Sequence record: PV467748.1
Origin: a phage
DNA length: 64,000 nt
Reading direction: 5' to 3' (one strand)
Below are positions 26,712-35,218 of this stretch, in pieces (the stretch's first letter is position 1; each line of letters starts with the position of its first letter). Both the position numbers and the translations under genes were made by a program. The notes beneath the pieces are model-generated. The model did no database searches, was not told the DNA's origin, and saw nothing but the letters and a program-made list of their open reading frames with translations.

Positions 26712-27308
26712 TTAATTACCACGGGCTGCATTAGCAACGGCGTAAGCGTACTGAACATTAGCGTCTTTAAACGTACCTTTAGAGGTATCTATTTCTGCCT
26801 TAAAGCCACCTTTAGCCATAACATCAGCAAATTCTTTACGGAAAGCCATTGCATCAAGACCTTTCCATGTTGATTTGTGCTTGGCAAATTCAAGACCGGC
26901 GAAGTTGACAGCCTTAGCCAATTTATTATCAATAGTCCATTTACCTGCTTTAGGTACAACTACCGGGCCTTTCTGTTTAGAGAACAGTTTTAAATTCCAG
27001 CGACGAAGGTCGCCGTCAGCTTTAACAAAAGCTGCGTCCAAGTTACTAGCAACAACATCCTGAATATGGCCAAATTTAAGCCCATCAGCTTCAATATTTA
27101 GGTCGTTACGCCAGCGAAGTCCTTCCCAGGCGAAAGCTTTAAAGTCAGAAGCTTTTGTAGCTAAGTACCGTTCAATAGGAGCTGTTTTAGCATCAAAACC
27201 GTTTCCTGGGCGATCAACGCCGTTTCCTCGGTAAGTCCACTCATCTTTATTAATGCCTTGGACCTTTCCTACAGAAGCTTCGGCGATAAATTCTTTATAC
27301 GTTTTCAT
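26712..27308 (-). CDS. internal-protein-like gene with CTS (198 aa; ipII position)
   Basis: Track ORF starting MKTYKEFIAE; lies between denV and e where T4 carries ipII/ipIII. Confidence 0.6.
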   Translation of the reverse strand: MKTYKEFIAEASVGKVQGINKDEWTYRGNGVDRPGNGFDAKTAPIERYLATKASDFKAFAWEGLRWRNDLNIEADGLKFGHIQDVVASNLDAAFVKADGDLRRWNLKLFSKQKGPVVVPKAGKWTIDNKLAKAVNFAGLEFAKHKSTWKGLDAMAFRKEFADVMAKGGFKAEIDTSKGTFKDANVQYAYAVANAARGN

Positions 27309-27324
27309 ACGGGTTCCTTAAAGG

Positions 27325-27390
27325 TAAATATTTTAATTGGTCTGTTCAAGTAACTGTATATATACTATCACAATTCTAGGAGATGTAAAC
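27325..27390 (-). promoter_or_regulatory. degenerate early promoter (-35 GTTTAC, 17-bp spacer, -10 TAGTAT) overlapping the 3' end of the upstream IP-like gene
   Basis: Minus-strand read GTTTACATCTCCTAGAATTGTGATAGTAT.... Confidence 0.45.
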
Positions 27391-27789
27391 TTATTTGTAA
27401 GTTTTCATCCAATTCTTGAACAAAGCCGCGACGTCTTTCTCTTTAACGTTCAGTTTAACGTCCAGCATTTTGCCACCAGCGGCACGTGTCTGACGAATCT
27501 TAGCCGTACCGGTTTCGCCGTTCCACTCAACATAATACTGTCCGGTGTTCATAGCGATACCATCGCCATAGTCTTCATTTTTAGAAGTGGTGAATGCCAG
27601 CTTCATAGTCTTAGATACACGAGCCTGCATGCCTGACTGTAGAGCGTTACGAACGCGAATAACCTGAGGAGTGGCCTGGGTCAGGTTCTCGTTCAGTTCT
27701 TCGGTGAACTCTTCGGATTCGAACATCGCCAAAAGTTCTTTAGATGCAGGAACTACATTCTCTGCGATAAATTCATTATAAGTTTTCAT
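27391..27789 (-). CDS. internal-protein-like gene with CTS (132 aa; ipIII position)
   Basis: Track ORF starting [10 protein letters not shown]; ends ...KNWMKTYK*, a CTS-like remnant at the 3' end. Confidence 0.6.
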   Translation of the reverse strand: MKTYNEFIAENVVPASKELLAMFESEEFTEELNENLTQATPQVIRVRNALQSGMQARVSKTMKLAFTTSKNEDYGDGIAMNTGQYYVEWNGETGTAKIRQTRAAGGKMLDVKLNVKEKDVAALFKNWMKTYK

Positions 27790-28270
27790 ATGCTTTCCAA
27801 GTACCTGTTTTAAATGTTGAAATCACGCGCTTAGCACGGTTAGGAGTTTGCTTGTACCAACGAGATTGAGCCAGGTTAACTGCCGCATCGTTCCAACGTT
27901 TCTGTTGGAGCATACGTAAAGAGTTAGTGAACCCTGCTACACCTGCTTCACCCATTTGGAAGACCATATTAATCAATGCGCAACGACGAACTTCGTCCAA
28001 CACATCATAAACCGGTTTCAATTTAGGATTACGCATTATAGCTCTACGAGCATTTTCCACTGAACGATTAAAGAGTTGTTCGGCTTCAGCCATAGTAATA
28101 CGACCATTACAAACTCGACCCATAAGCTTATCAAGTTCAGCGCGGGCAACATCTTTAGATGGGTTCTTGGTAACTAACTGGCCAATACCAATAGTCCAAT
28201 AACCTTCAGTGTCTTTATAAAGATTTAAATCAAGACCTTCGTCTTGACGTAACATATCAAAAATATCCAT
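27776..28270 (-). CDS. e: lysozyme (endolysin) e
   Basis: 164-aa track [35 protein letters not shown]... closely matching recalled T4 lysozyme in sequence and length. Confidence 0.92.
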   Translation of the reverse strand: MDIFDMLRQDEGLDLNLYKDTEGYWTIGIGQLVTKNPSKDVARAELDKLMGRVCNGRITMAEAEQLFNRSVENARRAIMRNPKLKPVYDVLDEVRRCALINMVFQMGEAGVAGFTNSLRMLQQKRWNDAAVNLAQSRWYKQTPNRAKRVISTFKTGTWKAYENL

Positions 28271-28274
28271 AATA

Positions 28275-28300
28275 CCTCCTGAGTATAGGAGGTATTTATA
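28275..28300 (-). promoter_or_regulatory. late promoter TATAAATA with SD-sequestering hairpin (CCTCCT/AGGAGG) for gene e
   Basis: Minus-strand read GATATAAATACCTCCTATACTCAGGAGGTATTATG; same architecture as described for T4 gene e. Confidence 0.6.
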
Positions 28301-28750
28301 TCAAAAGAGCGAATCTAAAACCTTAAACATCGACGGGCCCATGACATATTTCCATTGTGGACGTTTAATCAAGGCAAAGGCATCGAATTCAGGAATCGTA
28401 CGACCATCAGGGAACGTATGGTAAGCTGTACATTTGCAATTCTTGAACTGCTCGTGTTCCACAGGCACAGTATATAAGAACAGGTGTAGATTCTTATTGC
28501 TTGAATATTTGAACTCGCCTAGGTCTTTCAGGAATGCAGGATCGTATGCCGTGAATCCAATCTCTTCTTCGGTTTCACGCATTGCGGCTTGAATAGGCTC
28601 TTCGCCTGGTTCTACATGACCTTTAGGAATGTCCCATTTATGACGCATGTTCTCTGGATTACGAGAGCCTGTTACACGACCCATAACTAGTTCTTTATCA
28701 ACGGTCATGAACAAAATACCGGCAGATAGTTCTTTCACTTTCTTACTCAT
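28301..28750 (-). CDS. nudE: Nudix hydrolase NudE
   Basis: Track ORF 28301..28855 trimmed to ATG (MSKKVKELSAGILFM...); Nudix box GHVEPGEEPIQAAMRETEEEIG; sits directly downstream of e as in T4. Confidence 0.8.
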   Translation of the reverse strand: MSKKVKELSAGILFMTVDKELVMGRVTGSRNPENMRHKWDIPKGHVEPGEEPIQAAMRETEEEIGFTAYDPAFLKDLGEFKYSSNKNLHLFLYTVPVEHEQFKNCKCTAYHTFPDGRTIPEFDAFALIKRPQWKYVMGPSMFKVLDSLF

Positions 28751-28979
28751 CGTCTCGTTTCCATGATTGGTTAAAAATATCTTGCATAATAATTTGAAGT
28801 CTATTTTCTGATGATGGACTTTCACTATCAGACACTTGAAGCATATAGTCACCAATAGGACAGAACATATTCATATCGCTTTCTAAATCTTCTTTGATTT
28901 TCTCTTCTGACGTTCCGGTATCATAGGAATACAGATAAGAATCACATGACTCAGATTTAATATAAATTGCAATACTCAT
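28743..28979 (-). CDS. hypothetical acidic protein (78 aa)
   Basis: Track ORF; start coupled to the upstream stop. Confidence 0.4.
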   Translation of the reverse strand: MSIAIYIKSESCDSYLYSYDTGTSEEKIKEDLESDMNMFCPIGDYMLQVSDSESPSSENRLQIIMQDIFNQSWKRDDE

Positions 28980-29569
28980 TTACGGCATTCCTTAATAAAC
29001 TCATTTAAATTATGTTTGTTTTTACCTTCGTCGTAAAGACGTTGTTGACGACGTAAACGCCATGGCATTTCAATAGCCAAGCACCAAATACTTAAAGCAG
29101 CGCCAGCTGTGAAAAGATTCATTAATCCGGCGCCAATAATAGTTCGTTCTAGCGCATCATTCCAGTTAGCATCGATTAAAAATGAACTCAACACTAACAT
29201 TGGAAGTAAAGTAATAAAATACGCTACAACATATCGTCCGAACGTAAGCCATTCAGTATCGATGAGCTTAGCCTTTCCATCTTGGAGACAAATATACTTA
29301 TCGTCAGTGCGGGTGATTTTCTTTACCGGTTGCCAACCATTTACGATATAACCCATTCTGAACTCCTCAATTAAAAGCTGTTTCATTTCGGCAGTACAAC
29401 CTGACCAATCTATTGTACTGGCTGAAATTCCTTCATCACCGTCATCGATATTTCGCCAGGACTTTTTAATAATCATAGTCTCACCACTTGGGATAATAAT
29501 TCCGGCATTTTCCGACCGACGGATGAAGTTTGTATCAATACCCATACAACCAGGTTCATAAAGGGCCAT
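28976..29569 (-). CDS. membrane protein (197 aa) with C-terminal tail ...NEFIKECRK
   Basis: Track ORF; two C-terminal TM helices then a basic tail whose last codons contain the SD of the next gene. Confidence 0.5.
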   Translation of the reverse strand: MALYEPGCMGIDTNFIRRSENAGIIIPSGETMIIKKSWRNIDDGDEGISASTIDWSGCTAEMKQLLIEEFRMGYIVNGWQPVKKITRTDDKYICLQDGKAKLIDTEWLTFGRYVVAYFITLLPMLVLSSFLIDANWNDALERTIIGAGLMNLFTAGAALSIWCLAIEMPWRLRRQQRLYDEGKNKHNLNEFIKECRK

Positions 29570-30255
29570 TACCAGCCCTCCATAGGAAATTCCAGATATA
29601 CTTGAGCATTAACGCGGATTTCATTTGTAATCTTTTTAACACGGTCGGTATTACGAGACACACGACCAAACCAGCGCCACCCGTTACTTACTGCACGAGA
29701 ACCTGTATGCCATGTTTGCCAATCAAACTGGAGTAACGTGCGGTCAGGAGCATCCCACTTGGTTAATTCATTGGACTCAATTTTTTCCAGAACTTCTTTA
29801 TGCCACTGGCGATAGATAAGTTCGCCTTCAGGAATCTGACTGAACCAGGCAGTTCCGGTTGCAAAATGAGTAGGACACACATCAGCGTTAACAAGACCAA
29901 GAATATGTTCAGAATGGTATCGAGGATTATCATAATCAGGTTGGCCTGCGGTAATAAAGTGTTGACCCACCGGAATATCCGGGCGTGGTACATCATCATG
30001 GTGATAACCTGGGATAGCAGGATACCAACCAGGCATCAGCATATGAACCCGAGAATCAAATACGCATTCAACGGCTTTCCACTCATCAGGGAGATTAGTA
30101 ATAAAGCTACGAGTAATAGGACCACCATTTTGTGCAGCAAAATTCAAATCGCAGTTAAAGAACATAGGCTCGTTTTTAATATCATCATTAGAAATATGAC
30201 CTGCAAAACCACCTACTGCACGAGCTTTAGAATTAAAAGTTTTTGGACCGTTCAT
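29569..30255 (-). CDS. hypothetical protein (228 aa) with His/Asp cluster YHHDD
   Basis: Track ORF; possible metal-binding HxD...H arrangement, not a confident family assignment. Confidence 0.45.
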   Translation of the reverse strand: MNGPKTFNSKARAVGGFAGHISNDDIKNEPMFFNCDLNFAAQNGGPITRSFITNLPDEWKAVECVFDSRVHMLMPGWYPAIPGYHHDDVPRPDIPVGQHFITAGQPDYDNPRYHSEHILGLVNADVCPTHFATGTAWFSQIPEGELIYRQWHKEVLEKIESNELTKWDAPDRTLLQFDWQTWHTGSRAVSNGWRWFGRVSRNTDRVKKITNEIRVNAQVYLEFPMEGW

Positions 30256-30269
30256 AATATTTTCCTCAC

Positions 30270-30482
30270 TTACTTTTTGTTGAAAAAGTACATTTTACCT
30301 TTAGGAGATAAGGATACACGAAGGGCGTTACCAATACCAACTGAACATTTAACCAGGTCAGCAGATTTCAATTCACCAAATGCTTGACGAAGGTCTCCAT
30401 CACGGGTGTTAACCATCAGGCATTTAGCACCAGCTGCACGAACTTCGTTTAACATGTTGATTGCTTGGTTAGAAAGTTTCAT
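30270..30482 (-). CDS. hypothetical protein (~70 aa)
   Basis: Track ORF 30270..30560 starts at TTG within promoter sequence; trimmed to the ATG (MKLSNQAINML...) after SD GGAGAATAAA. Confidence 0.45.
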   Translation of the reverse strand: MKLSNQAINMLNEVRAAGAKCLMVNTRDGDLRQAFGELKSADLVKCSVGIGNALRVSLSPKGKMYFFNKK

Positions 30483-30493
30483 TTTATTCTCCA

Positions 30494-30551
30494 TTTCACT
30501 CTGTTGTTTTGATAGGTCTATAGTATCACACCTATAGACCTTGTACACTGT
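30494..30551 (-). promoter_or_regulatory. early promoter cassette variant with internal 10-bp palindrome aggtctatag/ctatagacct (-35 GTGTAC, -10 TACTAT)
   Basis: Plus ctctgttgttttgataggtctatagtatcacacctatagaccttgtacac. Confidence 0.55.
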
Positions 30552-30560
30552 TTTGTGCAA

Positions 30561-31520
30561 TTATTTTTCGAAAGGACGAATTAAATGATGGTTATCTTGG
30601 AAACGCTTGATGTAGTCGTTTTCACCTAAAGTCTTATACATATTCACTACAGCTTGGTAGTTTTCCCAGGCGTACTCGCGGAACCAACCTGAAGTGATTG
30701 AGGTACACACTTTCTCAAGAGCCATATAAAAACTTAATGATGGTGAAATATTGAAATCATTAGGAACCTGTGAACGTTCTAGTGCCAGGACACAAGTTTC
30801 TTCATATACACCAGCCAGTTTAATAGCTTCAGGCAAAGCCTCGAACTTCTCACGAGAGGTCATGACTTCAGAACCTTCCTTCATATAAAAGGTATATGCA
30901 GGGCGTCCAGCCAATGCTACTGCTTCATGAATAGAGTCATGGTCCAGCGTATAAATGGTATCATTAAAGAACGATGATTTGTTTACGTCCAATTTAGGGT
31001 GAGAATAGCTCAACGTTTCTTTTTGACGTTGCAACATAATTTCCTGGAGTTCTTCGTTCAGGGTGATACCTTTATTACGAAGGTATTTGATGTGGGACAT
31101 AGTTTTCAAGAAGAACGGATTATTCTTCAGGAAACGATGAGAGGTTTTGATAGCCAGACAGATATCAGGGGTTGCCCAATAGAAACCAGTAAGACGGTCC
31201 TTTTTAATATGATTTTCAGCATATTTCAGGAGACGATAGCTTGAAGTGAAATCTTCGTCTTGAAGCTCACCGGTAATTTCTCGTACGTTAGTCAGGGCAC
31301 GAACGATATAAGCTTCAAAATAGGTTTCTTTACCGTTGTACATGCATTTAAAAGCCTGGACATCAGGGTTATCCACAGGAACATGAGCGCCGAACATACG
31401 TGCTTTAAAGTGATTCCATGAGCCTTGGTCGGCAATGAAATCCCAATCAGAATTTTCGATATGCTTACTTTCAATCAGACCTGCGTGGTGCAGTGCACGA
31501 GAACCAATAACTAGCATCAT
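30561..31520 (-). CDS. hypothetical protein (319 aa); N-terminal GS...SDWDF motif loosely resembles a nucleotidyltransferase loop
   Basis: Track ORF MMLVIGSRALHHAGLIESKHIENSDWDFIAD...; assignment weak. Confidence 0.45.
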   Translation of the reverse strand: MMLVIGSRALHHAGLIESKHIENSDWDFIADQGSWNHFKARMFGAHVPVDNPDVQAFKCMYNGKETYFEAYIVRALTNVREITGELQDEDFTSSYRLLKYAENHIKKDRLTGFYWATPDICLAIKTSHRFLKNNPFFLKTMSHIKYLRNKGITLNEELQEIMLQRQKETLSYSHPKLDVNKSSFFNDTIYTLDHDSIHEAVALAGRPAYTFYMKEGSEVMTSREKFEALPEAIKLAGVYEETCVLALERSQVPNDFNISPSLSFYMALEKVCTSITSGWFREYAWENYQAVVNMYKTLGENDYIKRFQDNHHLIRPFEK

Positions 31521-31547
31521 AATATTTTCCTCATTAATAAAGACGAG

Positions 31548-31700
31548 TTACTTCATATTTACCCAGTTCAGATTTTTTGCTTCAATACGCGTTGCGGCTA
31601 GATTAGCAGCCTCTAGTGAAGAAAATTGGACCACTTGGGAAGTATTCTGCCTTACGCCACCTTGTGGGTGAGTAACAAAAACAATAAGAACATTATACAT
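31548..31700 (-). CDS. hypothetical small protein (50 aa)
   Basis: Hand translation MYNVLIVFVTHPQGGVRQNTSQVVQFSSLEAANLAATRIEAKNLNWVNMK; fills an otherwise empty gap; weak SD; below the track cutoff. Confidence 0.3.
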   Translation of the reverse strand: MYNVLIVFVTHPQGGVRQNTSQVVQFSSLEAANLAATRIEAKNLNWVNMK

Positions 31701-31721
31701 AATATTTTCCTCAGAGTAAAC

Positions 31722-31961
31722 TTAAATTTCAGCAACGTAATCGTTATGCAATTCCCACATATCATCAGAATTATTCTTAATGATAGGAATTATCTCATTA
31801 GAGATTTCTTCTGCATAAGGGTCATTGATACAGTGAGCATCTTCAAAACTAACACCGTAATCAGACTTCTTATAGGCAAAGCCATAAATCTTTTTAAACT
31901 TGACACGACTAATTCGTACCGGCTCATCAGACTTATCAGACAATGGAGAGTAATACCACAT
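31722..31961 (-). CDS. hypothetical protein (79 aa)
   Basis: Track ORF. Confidence 0.45.
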   Translation of the reverse strand: MWYYSPLSDKSDEPVRISRVKFKKIYGFAYKKSDYGVSFEDAHCINDPYAEEISNEIIPIIKNNSDDMWELHNDYVAEI

Positions 31962-32002
31962 ATGTTCTCCTCGTTTGTGTAGGGTAATAGTAACATGATT
32001 TT

Positions 32003-32332
32003 CTAGAGTTGTACATCACTTCTGCAATATTCTAAAAATAATTTATCATTGTCTACTGTATCCCAACGACGCCAAGATGGGTTCCAGACCAAAGCGTTGT
32101 CACCACAATCATTGAGCTTAAAATGGTCGTAGTACATAGCTATATGTCTGGTTTCGTCGCCAGAGAACCCTAGTATAGGCTCACCATGAGTATGATACAT
32201 ATGATGGTGCATTGAGAGGTCGCATTTGTAAAACATCTCACGTTTACCACGAATGAACAAGAAAGCTTGACCATTCATATAGAATTCTTTATCTGTTTTC
32301 AAAAGATATTTGAATACCGAATCTTTATGCAT
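32003..32332 (-). CDS. hypothetical His-rich protein
   Basis: Track ORF 32003..32347 trimmed to ATG (MHKDSVFKYL...); contains HHHMYHTH. Confidence 0.4.
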   Translation of the reverse strand: MHKDSVFKYLLKTDKEFYMNGQAFLFIRGKREMFYKCDLSMHHHMYHTHGEPILGFSGDETRHIAMYYDHFKLNDCGDNALVWNPSWRRWDTVDNDKLFLEYCRSDVQL

Positions 32333-32362
32333 AAGTCCTCCTACCACATCCTTGTGGTTAAA

Positions 32363-32590
32363 TTATTTTCCTAACGAAACACGAGTAGGTTTTTTACCAA
32401 AATAGTCTTCATAAGACCCATCTAAACGACCTGCTTTAGACCGACAATATGAATCGTACTTTTTGTAATAAGACATCTCAGTATTATACCGCGGGTGTCT
32501 ATCAGACATAATAATACTTAACGGCCAACCTTTGGCATAATCGCGAAGACCATTTATTTTACGAATGTATCTTTTCTTTAATTTTAGCAT
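32363..32590 (-). CDS. hypothetical basic protein (75 aa)
   Basis: Track ORF. Confidence 0.4.
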   Translation of the reverse strand: MLKLKKRYIRKINGLRDYAKGWPLSIIMSDRHPRYNTEMSYYKKYDSYCRSKAGRLDGSYEDYFGKKPTRVSLGK

Positions 32591-32808
32591 GAGCTCGGAT
32601 ACCAGATTTTACCATCGGCCTGGGCAACGAAGGTACGACCAGCTTCTTCACCATAACAAGAGCTATTCAGCCAATCTTCGAGACGAACTTCGCCGTCATA
32701 ATCGTCGAGCTCAACACCAAAACTTTGAGCAGAAGCCATATCTTTTACTTTCTTATACAGTGCAGCCAGTTCAAGTGCCGCTTTTTCTAATTCATTAATA
32801 TCAGACAT
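32584..32808 (-). CDS. small protein, paralog family member 4 (C-terminus ...YPSSC)
   Basis: Track ORF 32584..32958 trimmed to internal ATG (MSDINELEKAALELAALYKK...). Confidence 0.45.
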   Translation of the reverse strand: MSDINELEKAALELAALYKKVKDMASAQSFGVELDDYDGEVRLEDWLNSSCYGEEAGRTFVAQADGKIWYPSSC

Positions 32809-32818
32809 TTTTATCGCC

Positions 32819-33031
32819 TTAGCAAGACATAGAGGATGTAAACCAGAAACCTTCACCATCCGGGATACCGTAATCATCACGGGCCCATTCATAATCATCA
32901 TATTCCGGATTCTTTGGAGAAATGTATTGTCCACGACCAGAAACATGGAACTCTTCACCCGTTTCGTCAGCCACGGCCTGGCCTTTACGTACTAATTCGC
33001 GGATTTGTTTTTCAATTTCATCAATAGTCAT
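32819..33031 (-). CDS. small protein, paralog family member 3 (C-terminus ...FTSSMSC)
   Basis: 70-aa track ORF with SD AAGGAAATAAA upstream. Confidence 0.5.
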   Translation of the reverse strand: MTIDEIEKQIRELVRKGQAVADETGEEFHVSGRGQYISPKNPEYDDYEWARDDYGIPDGEGFWFTSSMSC

Positions 33032-33040
33032 TTTATTTCC

Positions 33041-33322
33041 TTAACATTCAGAAGAAGAGGACACCCAACCGCCATTTTCTAGGCTGGTGGTGTAATCATG
33101 CTGGTTTACAATAGCGTACTGGGCTTCACCGTATTCTTCCCAGTGGGCAAGGTCGGCTTTCAAGGCGCCAGGAGAATAATAGTCACCGCCCATACCGCGA
33201 GCAGGGTATATATTAAAATGAGTCTCATATTTGTCAGCAATTTCCTCAGCACGACGAATAGCTTTGTGGATATCATTTACTGCGTCAGCCAGCTCTTTAT
33301 TTTTATGGTAATCATTCATCAT
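33041..33322 (-). CDS. small protein, paralog family member 2 (C-terminus ...VSSSSEC)
   Basis: 93-aa track ORF; shares the EEIADKY motif with member 1. Confidence 0.5.
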   Translation of the reverse strand: MMNDYHKNKELADAVNDIHKAIRRAEEIADKYETHFNIYPARGMGGDYYSPGALKADLAHWEEYGEAQYAIVNQHDYTTSLENGGWVSSSSEC

Positions 33323-33331
33323 AAAATTTCC

Positions 33332-33622
33332 TTAGCACATTGCCGAAGAGGAGATCCAAGCACCAACTGTAACGACGCCATTTTCAACTTCACCACCGTT
33401 GTTTTCAATTTCATCTTTAAACCACTGGGAGCATTCATAACCAACAGGGTAGTATGTACGTCCTGAGCCATAATCACCTGTTCCGAATTGAATACCGTAC
33501 TTATCGGCAATAGCTTCACATTTGGATTCGATGGTATCCACTTTATTCAGAAGAGCATAGATAGCCTTTTCTGCAGATTTCTCGTCGTTGTGTTCTGGGA
33601 TTTCGATTTCAATTTTATTCAT
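33332..33622 (-). CDS. small protein, paralog family member 1 (C-terminus ...ISSSAMC)
   Basis: 96-aa track ORF; EAIADKYGIQF motif; GGWxSSSxxC-type C-terminus. Confidence 0.5.
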   Translation of the reverse strand: MNKIEIEIPEHNDEKSAEKAIYALLNKVDTIESKCEAIADKYGIQFGTGDYGSGRTYYPVGYECSQWFKDEIENNGGEVENGVVTVGAWISSSAMC

Positions 33623-33969
33623 GATTTACATTCCTTAATAAAGGTTTCAAGGTCATTACGTTTGGTTTGTTTTACATACTCATTATAATTAGCCATCTCT
33701 AAAGCATATCTCTTTTTACGCGGCTTGTTTATCCTATTGGTGTTGATAATATCCAAGACCAGAGGGATAAAGTATCCTATTAAAGCTGGAACCCAAATCC
33801 AGGCAAGGTTCAATTCAAATAGGTTTTGTGTCGTATCATTAACGACTCCACCAGCAATTAGTCCAACAAATCCGGCAATCGTACCAGTGACAAGTCCAGC
33901 GAATAAAGAAATAGCGATATCATAATCTGCTAATGCGTAACCAGGGTCGGTTTTACTAGGCTTATACAT
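33619..33969 (-). CDS. membrane protein (~116 aa) with C-terminal tail ...DLETFIKECKS
   Basis: Track ORF 33619..34005 trimmed to ATG (MYKPSKTDPG...); TM helices then basic tail. Confidence 0.5.
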   Translation of the reverse strand: MYKPSKTDPGYALADYDIAISLFAGLVTGTIAGFVGLIAGGVVNDTTQNLFELNLAWIWVPALIGYFIPLVLDIINTNRINKPRKKRYALEMANYNEYVKQTKRNDLETFIKECKS

Positions 33970-34498
33970 TTTGAACCTCTTTAGCGTATTCACGGCATTC
34001 AGCAATAAAACGATTAAGCTTCCGTTGTTGTTTACGACTTTCTAATGTGTACTCAGTAGTTAAGATACCAAGCTCGGCTTTATCATAATTTTTAATATCA
34101 GTGTAAGATGGGCGACGGTCGACCATTCCAAATACATCACCATTTTCTAAAGCTACATAGCATACTAAATGGTAATCATCGTCTGCTATATTAAGAAGCA
34201 CACAATCAGCGCTCTCGTTTAAAGAATATACTGAATAACGTAGTCCGGCGAATTCCACTCGTTGAATAGCCAGATTTACGTCAATAATTTCCAAAGCATC
34301 TTCAAAAGAAAGGTCTTCAGCTAAAGCAAAAATAAAAGGTAATTTGGTAGTATCGCCACGGCTAGATGTTCTGCTTAAGAAATCGTTTGAATAGCCTAGG
34401 TCTTGGCGAATTCTATAAAGAACTGAATTGGTTTCATGGGAAAGACCGCTATTTTTAAACCAATCAATATTAGATATCAAATTATCATATAAGCTCAT
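33962..34498 (-). CDS. hypothetical protein (178 aa) with tail motif ...NRFIAECRE
   Basis: Track ORF with SD GGAGGAGAGGAG upstream. Confidence 0.5.
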   Translation of the reverse strand: MSLYDNLISNIDWFKNSGLSHETNSVLYRIRQDLGYSNDFLSRTSSRGDTTKLPFIFALAEDLSFEDALEIIDVNLAIQRVEFAGLRYSVYSLNESADCVLLNIADDDYHLVCYVALENGDVFGMVDRRPSYTDIKNYDKAELGILTTEYTLESRKQQRKLNRFIAECREYAKEVQNV

Positions 34499-34514
34499 AA
34501 TATTCTCCTCTCCT

Positions 34515-34539
34515 CCAAATAGGGAGACCGAAGTCTCCC
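34515..34539 (-). terminator. terminator-like hairpin (GGGAGAC-TTCG-GTCTCCC) followed by the SD of the next gene
   Basis: Plus agggagaccgaagtctccc; weak U-run. Confidence 0.4.
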
Positions 34540-34546
34540 GGTAATA

Positions 34547-35140
34547 TTACTTAAGTGAATTAATGTAGTCTTCGATATCAGCAGAAGTCGTATCCATTCC
34601 AACTTGTGGGCCTTTAAACGTTTCTACACGAAGCAGGGTATCTTCAATATCAATCTTAGTCAGTGCAGCGATTTCAACAACATCATCGGCAGTAGCAATA
34701 CCAAGGGCAGCCATATTACGAGTTTCACGGATGTACTCGAGCTTAACGGCTAGTTCCTGACGGGAGTCATCAAGTTCCTTGACCTTCAGTTTAATTTCAT
34801 TACGCATTTCGATATAATCATCGGCTTTCTTACGAAGTTGAGTAGCCGTACGACGGTAAAGGAGGCCAAGTTTAGCATGCACCTGAACATCAGAGCCTTC
34901 TTTAATCAGTTTACGAATTTCGCGTTCTTTAGAACTAGCCAGTTGGTCTTTTTCGTTAGCAAGTTCACGAATACGTTTTTCTTCATTCACCGACTTAACA
35001 TGAGCAGTCTGGAGTTCAGTAATTTTATCAATCAGGGTAGAAGCAGCTTTAGTATACTGGTCTTCGATTGACAGGTTCTGAGTCATTGCGGTACCCAGTT
35101 TAGAACGGATGAACTCAACAATTTTCTTTAAAGTATTCAT
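34547..35140 (-). CDS. coiled-coil protein (~198 aa), possibly PspA/IM30-like
   Basis: Track ORF 34547..35215 trimmed to the ATG ([15 protein letters not shown]...) after SD GAAGGAAATACT; long heptad-rich helices; family assignment tentative. Confidence 0.4.
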   Translation of the reverse strand: MNTLKKIVEFIRSKLGTAMTQNLSIEDQYTKAASTLIDKITELQTAHVKSVNEEKRIRELANEKDQLASSKEREIRKLIKEGSDVQVHAKLGLLYRRTATQLRKKADDYIEMRNEIKLKVKELDDSRQELAVKLEYIRETRNMAALGIATADDVVEIAALTKIDIEDTLLRVETFKGPQVGMDTTSADIEDYINSLK

Positions 35141-35159
35141 AGTATTTCCTTCAGTTGGT

Positions 35160-35216
35160 TGGTATTTTGTAATCCATGAGGACATTATACCCTGTCCTCT
35201 GAGGGGTGTAAACATT
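35160..35216 (-). promoter_or_regulatory. early promoter (-35 GTTTAC, 18-bp spacer, -10 TATAAT) with arms GAGGAC/GTCCTC flanking the -10
   Basis: Minus-strand read GTTTACACCCCTCAGAGGACAGGGTATAATGTCCTCATGG. Confidence 0.55.
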
Positions 35217-35218
35217 TT

